Below are positions 1 through 8,809 of a stretch of 64,000 nt of DNA, piece by piece (position 1 is the stretch's first letter; each line of letters opens with the position of its first letter). A program made the translations under genes and the position numbers. Source of the stretch: an uncultured Desulfuromonadaceae bacterium (GTDB taxonomy: Bacteria > SDB-A). Location: contig CAYNIW010000010.1 of the NCBI GenBank assembly GCA_964397545.1, forward strand, positions 4,687-68,686, read 5' to 3'. The notes beneath the pieces are model-generated. The model worked only from the letters and a program-made list of their open reading frames with translations, did not search any database and was not told the origin of the DNA.

Positions 1-1049
1 ACAAGGTAAATTTCCGGGATATAAGAAAGGCTGTTGTTCTGAGAATAGGATATAGTCTTGGAGACGAAAGTCCAGGCTTCGGCTGAACTTACGACAGCGG
101 CCCTTCCCACGGACACATCAGGAAAAAGATCGAGGCTGTCGCCCGGTTCGCCGAATATGTTGTTAGAGTTGAAATCCCATGTTCCGTCGAGGTCGGAATA
201 ATACAAGTCGGTCGGAATGTCTTCCGTCAGGCTCTGCAGTGAAACCCTGCAGTATCTTCCGGGGACGTCTGACCATGAACCCAGCAAAAGAACGTATTGA
301 CATCCGTAATCGTCGTGCATTTTCTTTATGTAATTTCTTATCTTTTCCTGTGTATCTCTTCCCGGGAAAGAAGCGCTTATGGACTGAAGGGTCCCGACAG
401 CGGTGTTTATGCCTCTTTTATTGTGCCACCTTTTAAGAGAATCGGCTTGAGACGCATAACTTTGGGATGTGATTATCGCCATTACTGTGTCCTGCGGCGA
501 AGAAGCTCTTCTAAAGAGCGAAGAAGGAGTATATTGGATTTCTATCTCCATCTCTTCGGCGAAATGAGCGATTCCTTTCGAAGGATTTATCATGACAGGC
601 GAAATATACACAAAAAGAAGTTTTTCACCGAGAAAAGATCCCTGCTCCCAGGAGAGAAGAGGATCCGGCGGCATAAATTCATCTCTGGAGTAAACTTCAG
701 CGTCGGGTTCGATAAAAATTTTACCGGGATCAAAAGACATGGGATAAGTCCCCTGATTCGGAGTTATAAAAGAACCGCTCGTCAGCTGAGCGAACTCCGA
801 TGGATAAATTTTTACGTCAAGGACGTCGAAACCGTCTGGGACTTCGAATACTGCTATTTCAGAATAATTAAAGGGCAAACCTTTTTGAGAAATAACGGGG
901 CATCCGTCATTGTAAAAATAAACGGAACGCGTTCCGTCAAGCGACAAAAATTCTCCTGCCCGCGGGTTATCGAATCTGACAAAGTGATTTGCCGCTGATG
1001 AATTGAGGACTGCGGCGCATAAAATAAGAACTGCAAATGCGGTTTTCAC
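1..1049 (-). CDS. Peptidase C25 (gingipain/PorU)-like secreted protein, N-terminal ~349 aa only; the gene runs off the window start
   Basis: My own translation of the minus strand from GTG at 1049 gives a signal peptide (VKTAFAVLILCAAVLNSSAA), then a propeptide-like region, then CQYVLLLGSWSDVPGRY and IPTDLYYSDLDGTWDF. The frame is open to position 1 with no stop, and the track omits it because it is truncated. The plus-strand ORF 297..998 is its R/K-rich shadow. Confidence 0.45.
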   Translation of the reverse strand, partial: MKTAFAVLILCAAVLNSSAANHFVRFDNPRAGEFLSLDGTRSVYFYNDGCPVISQKGLPFNYSEIAVFEVPDGFDVLDVKIYPSEFAQLTSGSFITPNQGTYPMSFDPGKIFIEPDAEVYSRDEFMPPDPLLSWEQGSFLGEKLLFVYISPVMINPSKGIAHFAEEMEIEIQYTPSSLFRRASSPQDTVMAIITSQSYASQADSLKRWHNKRGINTAVGTLQSISASFPGRDTQEKIRNYIKKMHDDYGCQYVLLLGSWSDVPGRYCRVSLQSLTEDIPTDLYYSDLDGTWDFNSNNIFGEPGDSLDLFPDVSVGRAAVVSSAEAWTFVSKTISYSQNNSLSYIPEIYL

Positions 1050-1150
1050 TGGATCTCCTCTTTTTTTAATATAAAGATACGGAGTTTTTCCGTTTTCACA
1101 ACACTGCTATTCCAGTTGATAAAATCAACCTTAAATGATAGCATTTTTTT

Positions 1151-2080
1151 ATGTTTTTTACATTCATTCTTGTTTCAGCGCTGTATTTCGGCGACGCGGA
1201 TTGGACGGGAATGCCTGCTGACGCCGCCGGTATTGCCTGCGGCGCGACCGGAGCCGCATTAACTGACGATCCTGCTTTTTTCAATCCTGCTATGCTTCCG
1301 TTTGTCAAAACGCAATGGGCTAAGATTTCATATTACGGAATCAAGGAAGAAAGACCTTATGTTATGCCGCGATCGGGAGAATTTAGGGCTTACGGAGGCA
1401 AATATATAAATTCCCTGACGGCTGTCACCTCCGGGACAGCGTTTTTCTGGAGACTGCTCGGAGCTGAAACCGCCGATGAGGTAACCGGAAACACCCGGAC
1501 AATAGCCTCTTTGAGAGCCGAGGAAGCGGGAATGTCTTTCGCTATAAGAGATTCGGATTTTTATTCATTTTCGGCGGGAGCGTCGCTCAAATACTTTCAC
1601 GCTTCATACAGAGAACTGACAACCCCCGACACGGGTTCGTTTTCCGCCGATTCCGTCCGATACCGCGCTTTTCCGGCACACGGGTTATTTCTGGACGCTG
1701 GAATTGCTTATGCTTTGTCGAATTTAACTCTCGGAGTCAGCGCGAGAAATTTAGCCGGAAAAATATTCCACGACGAAATTTCACTCTCACGCTCATACAG
1801 AGCCGGCGCTTCACTTTCTGTAAAATACGCCGCTCTTTCATACGATTTCGAGTATTCCGAAGCCGATTATAAAATAACCCATCATTTCTGCGCGAGATCA
1901 TATTTAGGTCCGCTGAGCATATTTTTGGGATACGCCGAAAAGGAAGACGAAAAGACGGCGGCTTTCGGTTATTCTCTTTTCTACGACAGGTATTCAGTGT
2001 CTTTCTCCCTCTGGGGACCGGCTGAAAACCTTAAAAATGAATATCTGGATTATTATCTGTCAATAGGAGCCCATTTTTAA
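1151..2080 (+). CDS. Small outer-membrane beta-barrel protein with a FadL/PorV-like N-terminal motif
   Basis: It has a short signal peptide and the motif GATGAALTDDPAFFNPAML, which resembles the FadL/OmpP1 N-terminus. The composition is beta-strand-like and the C-terminal residue is Phe. Confidence 0.45.
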   Translation: MFFTFILVSALYFGDADWTGMPADAAGIACGATGAALTDDPAFFNPAMLPFVKTQWAKISYYGIKEERPYVMPRSGEFRAYGGKYINSLTAVTSGTAFFWRLLGAETADEVTGNTRTIASLRAEEAGMSFAIRDSDFYSFSAGASLKYFHASYRELTTPDTGSFSADSVRYRAFPAHGLFLDAGIAYALSNLTLGVSARNLAGKIFHDEISLSRSYRAGASLSVKYAALSYDFEYSEADYKITHHFCARSYLGPLSIFLGYAEKEDEKTAAFGYSLFYDRYSVSFSLWGPAENLKNEYLDYYLSIGAHF

Positions 2081-3130
2081 TTGGCGGGAAAACTCTCAAG
2101 ACAGATAAAAATCGGGTTCAGGCTTTTCCTGACGATTACAATTCTGACTCTTCTTGTCATTTTCTTCTTTTCTCTCAAAAACGCGACAAAAGAATCTATC
2201 CTTCAGGTTTTTAAGAACATAAACCCTGTTTTTCTTCTTTTGTCTCTTGGACTTTGGCTGTCGGCAATATTGCTCGACGCTTTCAGAACAAAACTTCTCG
2301 TGATAGGCGCGGGAGGAAGAATAAAACTCTGGACAGCGATAGAGGTAATCGTATCGGGGATATTTCTCGCAACAGTCACGCCTTTTCAGACCGGAGGCCT
2401 TCCCGTTCAGATGTATATTTTCCACAAAAAAAACATTTCGCCGGGAAAAGCGACCCTCGTCCTTCTCTTCAGGGGAATTTTACAGCTTGCCGTGACCATC
2501 CTGGCTATTCCTCTCGTAATCCCCTATTTCCCTAAAAACGCCATCACCGTCACGATGTTTTTCTGGGTGACTTCGGCTATAACCATTGGACTTACAGTTT
2601 CGTTTTTCATTGCTTTTAAACCCAAATACGCGAAAAATTTCTTTCACAGAATTGGCAAATTTATCTGGAAAAAGACAAAGAAAAAACCCCGGGTCTATTA
2701 CAAATTTATATGCAAGCTCTTCTCTGAAATCCATTTTTTTAAAGAAGGCCTTAAAAGCTACATGAAAACCGGAAAGACAATGCTTTTTTCCGCCTTTCTC
2801 TGCACGGCGTTGTTTCTCAGCATGTATTACCTCATTCCGGCTTTTCTGATGCTCGGGATGGGGCTTACAAATTTCCGCATACTGGAAACCATGGCATTGC
2901 AGATAATTCTCACATTCGTCTTTTTGTTCGCCCCGACCCCCGGCGGGAGCGGACTTGTCGAACTCGGTTTCAGCAGCACATTCAGCCATTTCATTCCTAA
3001 GGGATCCCCGGTTATAAGTCTGCTGACTCTCGCGTGGAGAATCATCACGTGTTACATACCTACAATTTTCGGAGCAATACTCGCCTTAAGAGTCCTGCAC
3101 ATTGAAAAACAAGACCTCGATTCCTATTGA
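2081..3130 (+). CDS. Flippase-like / lysylphosphatidylglycerol-synthase TM-domain family (UPF0104) integral membrane protein
   Basis: It is a polytopic membrane protein with the conserved PTPGGSGLVELGFS motif near the C-terminus. Confidence 0.6.
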   Translation: MAGKLSRQIKIGFRLFLTITILTLLVIFFFSLKNATKESILQVFKNINPVFLLLSLGLWLSAILLDAFRTKLLVIGAGGRIKLWTAIEVIVSGIFLATVTPFQTGGLPVQMYIFHKKNISPGKATLVLLFRGILQLAVTILAIPLVIPYFPKNAITVTMFFWVTSAITIGLTVSFFIAFKPKYAKNFFHRIGKFIWKKTKKKPRVYYKFICKLFSEIHFFKEGLKSYMKTGKTMLFSAFLCTALFLSMYYLIPAFLMLGMGLTNFRILETMALQIILTFVFLFAPTPGGSGLVELGFSSTFSHFIPKGSPVISLLTLAWRIITCYIPTIFGAILALRVLHIEKQDLDSY

Positions 3131-4214
3131 CGCGGACAAGATCCGCAAAGGCGCCGCCTTATTTGTTCTTCTCACTCTTATAGCATGGATACTTCTCATT
3201 CCTGCCGGAATTTCAGAAGAAGGCTCCTTCGCGCAGAGATGGCAGAGAGGTTTCGCTTCTCTGAAATCATCCTTGGGGGACGCCGACGCCTTTTTTATAT
3301 CCGGCGCTTTCTGTCTCGTCTTAATCCAGATGTTTTTGAGCGTTGTTAAAATGTCTCTTATCCTCAAAGCTCAGGACGTCTCTTTCTCTTTTGTTAAAAC
3401 AGCCCGTTTCACGCTGTGCCCTCTTTTTCTCTCGTCTATAACGCCCCTCCAGAGCGGCGGCATAGCGTATCAGCTCTATGTTCTCAAAAAATCGGGCCAC
3501 AACTTTTCAAAAAGCATCGCGCTGATAACTTTTAAGAGCGCATTAAACGGTCTTTTTCTCGTCATCGCTTTCCCTCTTCTTCTTATTTACGCAGGCAACG
3601 CCTTCAAAAGCGGTTTCTTTTCGGGACTTTCAAATTATGTCCTTTTTTTCTACCTTCTCGTCGCGATTTTCTTCTACTCGGTAATGTTCAGGAACAGGCA
3701 ATTAAAAAAGACAGCTGTCTTCGCCCTTCACGGCAAAAGGAGCAATCCTGTCGCCGGTTTTGTGTTCAAGCTTGCAATGAAGTTTCTCAATTCCGTTGAA
3801 AACCTGTCAAAAAATTACGAATCGTTTTTTTTCAAGCATCCTCTGAAGACAGCTTTAGCGGCATTGATAGCCATAGTTGAAATGGGAATGTATTTTCTCA
3901 TAACCCCGTGTCTTGCAATGGCTCTGAGTCCTGACAGAAATCTCGCAGGTCTTTACGCCACGGGAATGGCGATATCCTATATACTCGCCTATGCGCCTAC
4001 GCCCGGAGGATCGGGTATCGCGGAACTGTCAGGAATGGGTTTCGCTCTCAGCTGGAACGGACCCGTCACCGCTCTGATTCTCCTCTGGAGAATCGTCGCT
4101 CACTACTCTCCCGCCGTCTTTGGAGGTTTTCTCCTTATCTTCTCCGTCGGAAGGGACATCCCTCAGAAAAAGAGACCTGCGGTATTTGACGCCTGTCCAG
4201 ACGGAGAGAACTGA
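3102..4214 (+). CDS. Second UPF0104/flippase-like membrane protein, a tandem paralog
   Basis: It is multi-TM with the APTPGGSGIAELSG motif. It overlaps the upstream paralog by 29 nt. Confidence 0.6.
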   Translation: MKNKTSIPIDADKIRKGAALFVLLTLIAWILLIPAGISEEGSFAQRWQRGFASLKSSLGDADAFFISGAFCLVLIQMFLSVVKMSLILKAQDVSFSFVKTARFTLCPLFLSSITPLQSGGIAYQLYVLKKSGHNFSKSIALITFKSALNGLFLVIAFPLLLIYAGNAFKSGFFSGLSNYVLFFYLLVAIFFYSVMFRNRQLKKTAVFALHGKRSNPVAGFVFKLAMKFLNSVENLSKNYESFFFKHPLKTALAALIAIVEMGMYFLITPCLAMALSPDRNLAGLYATGMAISYILAYAPTPGGSGIAELSGMGFALSWNGPVTALILLWRIVAHYSPAVFGGFLLIFSVGRDIPQKKRPAVFDACPDGEN

Positions 4215-4323
4215 AATAAAAAACCCCGCGGCTACGTTGGTGTATTTATTCGGTCCGCCAATGACAAAGCCCGAACCCATTATCCAAAGCGATATATAAA
4301 AAAGAGCCCATGAAGTCCACATT

Positions 4324-4497
4324 TTATTTTCCTTTTTTTTCTTTTTCCCGCTTCGCTGCCCAGAAGAACTGAACAACGGACAGGACGAAAATAATTATTC
4401 CGAATGTTATGTTTGATTTATCGGCACTCGATCTGAAAAAAAGAGCGCTCGCGACAAGCCAAAGCCCAAGAAACGCCATCATAAAACTCTGAAACAT
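4324..4497 (-). CDS. Possible small two-TM membrane protein (57 aa)
   Basis: I translated ATG at 4497 myself: MFQSFMMAFLGLWLVASALFFRSSADKSNITFGIIIFVLSVVQFFWAAKREKEKKGK. It is below the track's 60-aa cutoff. An A8 homopolymer at 4331-4338 separates it from a +1-frame continuation (MWTSWALFYISLW...). Confidence 0.2.
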   Translation of the reverse strand: MFQSFMMAFLGLWLVASALFFRSSADKSNITFGIIIFVLSVVQFFWAAKREKEKKGK

Positions 4498-4509
4498 AAT
4501 CTCTCCGTT

Positions 4510-5244
4510 TCACTCAAAATACAGAATTCTGCCGCAGGACTCACAGATAGCGATATCCTGTTTCTTTTTAACCTCTTCGACGAGTTGAGAGGTTATCATG
4601 GAATTACATCCTCCGCAAATCCAGAAACTCTTCTTTGTTGACCCGCTGTCGTTTTCGGACATATACACGGGGGCGAGCGCGGAACCTCTCGCTGATTTAA
4701 TTTTTTCGTATTTTTTGAGCAATTTGGGTTCGATTAGAGCGAGTGAAGATTCTTTCTGTTTTTGGAGCTCTTTTATCATCTCAGCCCCTCTCACCTGCTC
4801 GGACTCGAGGTTTTTTTTCTCGTTTTCAAACCTTTCTTTTTCCGCCGAATGCCTTCTCTCAAGGTCTCCGAGTTCAGTTTTCATAGCGTCAATTTCGTCG
4901 AAGAGTTCAATTTCCCTTGTCTCAAGTTCGCTAATTTTATTTTTTGAAAATTCTATTTGAGCCTCCATGGCTTTGTATTCCTCGTTGGTCTTCACTTTCT
5001 GAAGCTGGATTTTGTAAGTGTTTATCTTATTCTCGAATTCTTCTATGTCGAGTTCGATTTTTTTTCTGCTGAACTCGCTGTTTTTGAGAGATTCTTTTTC
5101 TCTCTCTATTTCAGAAATGCGCTTTTGAAAATTTTCTTGGAGTTTCTGCAGTCTTTGAGGTATCGAATCAAGGCGGTCTGTTAATTTTTCTAATCTACGA
5201 TCGAGTTTGTGCAGTTCGCAGAGCTTGTCTATTACGTCCGTCAT
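4510..5244 (-). CDS. Zinc-ribbon domain protein with an N-terminal coiled coil (COG1579 / zf-RING_7 family)
   Basis: The N-terminal 200 aa are long coiled-coil heptads. The C-terminus has the C4 zinc ribbon CGGC...CESCGRILY. Confidence 0.65.
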   Translation of the reverse strand: MTDVIDKLCELHKLDRRLEKLTDRLDSIPQRLQKLQENFQKRISEIEREKESLKNSEFSRKKIELDIEEFENKINTYKIQLQKVKTNEEYKAMEAQIEFSKNKISELETREIELFDEIDAMKTELGDLERRHSAEKERFENEKKNLESEQVRGAEMIKELQKQKESSLALIEPKLLKKYEKIKSARGSALAPVYMSENDSGSTKKSFWICGGCNSMITSQLVEEVKKKQDIAICESCGRILYFE

Positions 5245-5260
5245 CGCGAACTCTCCGGGT

Positions 5261-5288
5261 AAAAAAAACGGGGATAGAGATCTATCCC
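5261..5288 (-). terminator. Rho-independent terminator downstream of the tRNA-Val/tRNA-Met pair
   Basis: On the minus strand the hairpin GGGATAGA-tc-TCTATCCC is followed by CG and T8. Confidence 0.6.
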
Positions 5289-5301
5289 GCTTAGGTATAA
5301 C

Positions 5302-5375
5302 TGGGCGAAAGAGGAATTGAACCTCTGACCTCCGGTATGTGAGACCGGCGCTCTAACCATCTGAGCCATTCGCCC
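5302..5375 (-). tRNA. tRNA-Val (anticodon CAC)
   Basis: The reverse complement GGGCGAATGGCTCAGATGGTTAGAGCGCCGGTCTCACATACCGGAGGTCAGAGGTTCAATTCCTCTTTCGCCCA folds as a cloverleaf. The anticodon loop is CTCACAT and the T-loop is TTCAATT. Confidence 0.85.
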
Positions 5376-5402
5376 TCATCTTTCCTTCCTTTTAATTGTC
5401 AA

Positions 5403-5476
5403 TGGGCCCGGTAGGACTCGAACCTACGACCACCTGATTATGAGTCAGATGCTCTAACCGACTGAGCTACGGACCC
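5403..5476 (-). tRNA. tRNA-Met (anticodon CAT); elongator Met or lysidine-Ile2, not initiator
   Basis: The reverse complement GGGTCCGTAGCTCAGTCGGTTAGAGCATCTGACTCATAATCAGGTGGTCGTAGGTTCGAGTCCTACCGGGCCCA folds as a cloverleaf with anticodon loop CTCATAA. The G1-C72 pair argues against an initiator. Confidence 0.8.
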
Positions 5477-5589
5477 AAGTTCGTCTAATTTTACAGGATT
5501 GAAAATCCGTGTCAAGAAAAAATGAACTAACCGCTTGTCTGGCGGCGGCTGATTTGATAAATTACTTAACTATAATTCGCGGAGGAGAA

Positions 5590-6429
5590 ATGACGGAAAA
5601 ATACCTTATCAGAGAATGCAGAAAAGAAGATATGCCGTATATTACGGACATATCAAAAAACACTTGGGGGGGATACGATTTTCTCGCAGACGTTTTCGAA
5701 GAATGGCTCGAAGACGGTAATTTCTGGGTTCTCGAACACAACGGCTCTGTAATAGGAACGGTCAAGATATCCCTATATCCCTGTAAAACCGCATGGCTTG
5801 AGGGCCTCAGAGTCCATAAAAATTTTCAAGGGCACGGCTTCGGAAGAGTTTTATACGATTTCACGGCGAAAAAAACCGCTGAAATTATCCAAAGCGGAAA
5901 AGCGGACAACGCCGAATTCGCGACTTATTACCTAAATGAAGAATCTCTCTCCCTCTCCACGAGAGACGGCTTCGACAGAGCCGAAACTTTCACTTCTCTG
6001 TCGGCTAAGTCTCAAAATTTCAAGCTCTGTCCGCAAAATCAAATAAAGCTTTCCGACAACTTCGAGTATTTCGCAGAAAATTGCTCCTATGAAAAACACA
6101 TACCCGTGGGATGGGAGTTCGTAAAAAAATGCCCGGATACGCCCTCATGGCTGAGAAAAAAGACTTTTCTCTACGACTTCGGAGGAAAATTTTTCATTCA
6201 GCCGAAGCACGCTTTCAAGGATATTTTTACTCCTCTTGAACCTTCGGAAGAATACGCTCTCGGCATCATTCCTGCTATCACCGAAAGAGCTGTAAATTCA
6301 AAAGAAGAATATATGAGCATTATGGTCCCCTCTTACTCAAAAGGAATGCTCGAAGCCCTCAGAAAAGAAGGGTTCGACACATGGCATGAAGGAAGAGAAG
6401 GGGACGTTCTCGTTATGAGAAAATACTGA
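5590..6429 (+). CDS. GNAT family N-acetyltransferase with a C-terminal extension
   Basis: It has the GNAT motif LRVHKNFQGHGFGRVL. I prefer the start at ATG 5590, which has the RBS GGAGGAG, because the track start at 5509 would overlap the tRNA promoter region. Confidence 0.6.
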   Translation: MTEKYLIRECRKEDMPYITDISKNTWGGYDFLADVFEEWLEDGNFWVLEHNGSVIGTVKISLYPCKTAWLEGLRVHKNFQGHGFGRVLYDFTAKKTAEIIQSGKADNAEFATYYLNEESLSLSTRDGFDRAETFTSLSAKSQNFKLCPQNQIKLSDNFEYFAENCSYEKHIPVGWEFVKKCPDTPSWLRKKTFLYDFGGKFFIQPKHAFKDIFTPLEPSEEYALGIIPAITERAVNSKEEYMSIMVPSYSKGMLEALRKEGFDTWHEGREGDVLVMRKY

Positions 6430-6431
6430 AT

Positions 6432-7436
6432 TCACCAGCCCGTTTCGTCCACGGGCGATTTTTTAGATGCATTTTCCCACCAGAGGCGGTTTTGTCTATA
6501 CCATTTCACGGTCGCGTCCAAACCTTCGTCGAATCCGGTGACAGGCTTCCAGCCGAGTTCTTTCTTTATCTTCGAGCTGTCGAGGAGATATCTTCTGTCG
6601 TGTCCCGGCCTGTCTTCTACATAGGTCTTTAAGCTTTCCGAGGAGGAAGTTGCCATCAAAAGAAGGGCGGCTATGTCTTCCACGCTTTTTTCAACTGAAC
6701 TTCCTATATTGTATGTATGACCTGGCATGCCTTTTTCAAGAACCAAATCCACGGCATGGCAGTGATCTTCGACGAAAAGCCATTCTCTTTTATTGAGGCT
6801 GTTTTTATAGATGGGGATTTTTTTGCCCCTGAAAATATTCGTCAGAAAAAGCGGTATCAGCTTTTCGGGGAACTGGTAGGGTCCGTAGTTATTGCAGCAT
6901 ACCGTTATGGTAGCGTTTAAGCCATAGACATTGTTATACGCCCTGACCGCGTGATCGGCGGAAGCTTTTGAAGCGTTGTAAACAGTTTTAGGCCTGTATG
7001 GAGAGTTTTCCGTGAAAGAATTCACTTCGTCCAAATCCATGTCGCCGTAAACTTCGCAAGTGGATATATGGTGAAACCTCGGGATATTCTCCTTTCTCGC
7101 GGATTCAAGAAGAGTCTGTGTTCCGATTACGTTTGTTCTGAAAAAAACGCCGGGGTCAATTACTGAATAACTGTTGTGGCTTTCCGCGGCGAAATTGATT
7201 ATCGCATCGGGGTTGAACTTTTTTAAGGTTTCACGGACTTTTTGGGCATCGCAGATGTCGCCTCTGACAAAACTGTATTTGAAATCCGAATTCTCTATGT
7301 CTTTGAGGTTTTCAATGTTTCCGGCGTATGTCAGAAGATCATAATTTAAGATTGAATCGGCGGGAAATTTTCTGAACCTGCATCTTATGTAGTTGGAACC
7401 GATGAATCCGGCTCCGCCTGCTACAAAAAGCTTCAT
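6432..7436 (-). CDS. rfbB: dTDP-glucose 4,6-dehydratase
   Basis: The N-terminus is MKLFVAGGAGFIGSN, a Rossmann fold. The catalytic YxxxK is present (YNASKASADH), and similarity to RmlB runs the full length. Confidence 0.85.
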   Translation of the reverse strand: MKLFVAGGAGFIGSNYIRCRFRKFPADSILNYDLLTYAGNIENLKDIENSDFKYSFVRGDICDAQKVRETLKKFNPDAIINFAAESHNSYSVIDPGVFFRTNVIGTQTLLESARKENIPRFHHISTCEVYGDMDLDEVNSFTENSPYRPKTVYNASKASADHAVRAYNNVYGLNATITVCCNNYGPYQFPEKLIPLFLTNIFRGKKIPIYKNSLNKREWLFVEDHCHAVDLVLEKGMPGHTYNIGSSVEKSVEDIAALLLMATSSSESLKTYVEDRPGHDRRYLLDSSKIKKELGWKPVTGFDEGLDATVKWYRQNRLWWENASKKSPVDETGW

Positions 7437-8809
7437 CTCGCCTCCTCTTCTAAAGAAAACAGCCATTTTCTCACTCTTCTGCCGACTCCGGGGTCATAAC
7501 CTTCCAAGACAATGCATTTTTCCGAGCGGATATCAAGACAAATAACAGCTGGAAAATTCAGCGGCGGATCCCAGAGCGTTTTTAAGCTTTCAGACTCAAG
7601 ACATAAAAGGATTTCCAGATCCGGTCCGTATATCATAAGTTCCGGGCATTCCTCTGATATCCCGTCGAGCATTCTCAGGATAGGTTCTGAATCTTTCTCT
7701 CCTGAAATTACGACGCACGGCGTCTCTAGACCGAGATTTGCAAGACAGACAAAAATCCTTTCCGGCAGATTTCTCGATATCGCAGATAATAAAATTTCAG
7801 GTGCGCCCGGCGTTATCGCTGTCGTTTCGCCGCTTTTCACTGAGAAATATAGAATTTCAACGGATGAGGAGCCCACATCGTCTCTCCTGCCGGCGACGAA
7901 AATATAATCTCCCTCGCCGAGAGACGCCACAAAACTTTCTCCTTCTTCCACGGGAAAATCGAAAAAATCGAGAGTTTTTAATCTGCCGTCGCAGATTAAG
8001 TTCAAGGAATAATCCGTTTTACCGTCTATCAGGTGAAGAGTGTTGATTACGAGGGTCCCGCAGGAAGCATATCTTTGTGTAAGGATTTCAAAGCCTGACG
8101 CTCCGAAGGCATAGACAAGACTCACTCCGAACTCGCGGTCAGGCAGGGTGAAATCTCCTGAAAAAGAAGGCGCCCACGGATAAAAAGGGACCCATGAGAC
8201 AGAGTCGAACACTTCTATCCACTCGCATGGTTCAGCTTTTTTTGTCCCGGAAGGGAGAAAAATCAGCCTTGAAGGAAATCCAAGCGATCTCAACGCGGCG
8301 GCGATAAAAATAATCTTTTCCCTTTTGGTCGCTTCCCTGCTTTCGAAGATTCGAAGAACAGATCTGCCCGGACCGAGAAGAGACAGGGATTCCTCTTTTA
8401 TGTGTCTTTCCGCCCAGCTGTTTAAGGAACAAGCCGTTGAAAGCGGCGATTCAAAAGATATATTTGAAAAATACTCTTCGAGTCGGGGTTTGTAAAGTGA
8501 AGGAGGTTCATGAAGTATTCTGTAGTCGAGAAGGTATTTGAGGAAAATTGAGTCGGGAATGTTTTTTTCAGCCAGATACGGCAGAGAATTATTCAGATTT
8601 TCCGTAAAGAGAGCAGAATCGAATTCCAGAAGGTCGATGGTCCCGAGTATGAGAAGAAGTTCAAGCGCTTTTTCCCTTTTGAGATCGTCTTGAATTGAAT
8701 TAACCGTTGATTCTATAAGAGCGGCTTTTTTACCGGCATTTTCAATTATTTCGGAACTGAGAACGCTTCCGAATAACGCATGGCAGAAAAAAAAAGCGAT
8801 GAATGTCAT
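7433..8809 (-). CDS. Transglutaminase-like fold protein with a degenerate catalytic triad (probable pseudoenzyme paralog)
   Basis: The core segment GPGRSVLRIFESREATKREKIIFIAAALRSLGFPSRLI...CEWIEVFDSVSW aligns to the TGase core of the upstream gene. The Cys is replaced by Ser, and the His and Asp are not conserved. Confidence 0.4.
   Translation of the reverse strand: MTFIAFFFCHALFGSVLSSEIIENAGKKAALIESTVNSIQDDLKREKALELLLILGTIDLLEFDSALFTENLNNSLPYLAEKNIPDSIFLKYLLDYRILHEPPSLYKPRLEEYFSNISFESPLSTACSLNSWAERHIKEESLSLLGPGRSVLRIFESREATKREKIIFIAAALRSLGFPSRLIFLPSGTKKAEPCEWIEVFDSVSWVPFYPWAPSFSGDFTLPDREFGVSLVYAFGASGFEILTQRYASCGTLVINTLHLIDGKTDYSLNLICDGRLKTLDFFDFPVEEGESFVASLGEGDYIFVAGRRDDVGSSSVEILYFSVKSGETTAITPGAPEILLSAISRNLPERIFVCLANLGLETPCVVISGEKDSEPILRMLDGISEECPELMIYGPDLEILLCLESESLKTLWDPPLNFPAVICLDIRSEKCIVLEGYDPGVGRRVRKWLFSLEEEAR

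Noticed and set aside
297-998. 233-aa plus-strand ORF in the ORF track
   Set aside because: It is Arg/Lys-rich and non-protein-like. It lies antisense to a well-behaved minus-strand open frame (the C25-like gene), so it is a shadow ORF.
4598-5184. Several plus-strand ORFs (120, 61 and 75 aa) inside the zinc-ribbon/coiled-coil gene
   Set aside because: They are low-complexity Phe/Ser/Leu-rich antisense translations of a Glu/Lys-rich coiled-coil gene, which is a typical shadow.
5302-5476. A tRNA-associated genomic island or integrase near tRNA-Val/Met (and near tRNA-Pro at 53710)
   Set aside because: There is no integrase, no direct repeat of the tRNA 3' end, and no compositional shift. The flanking genes are ordinary chromosomal genes.
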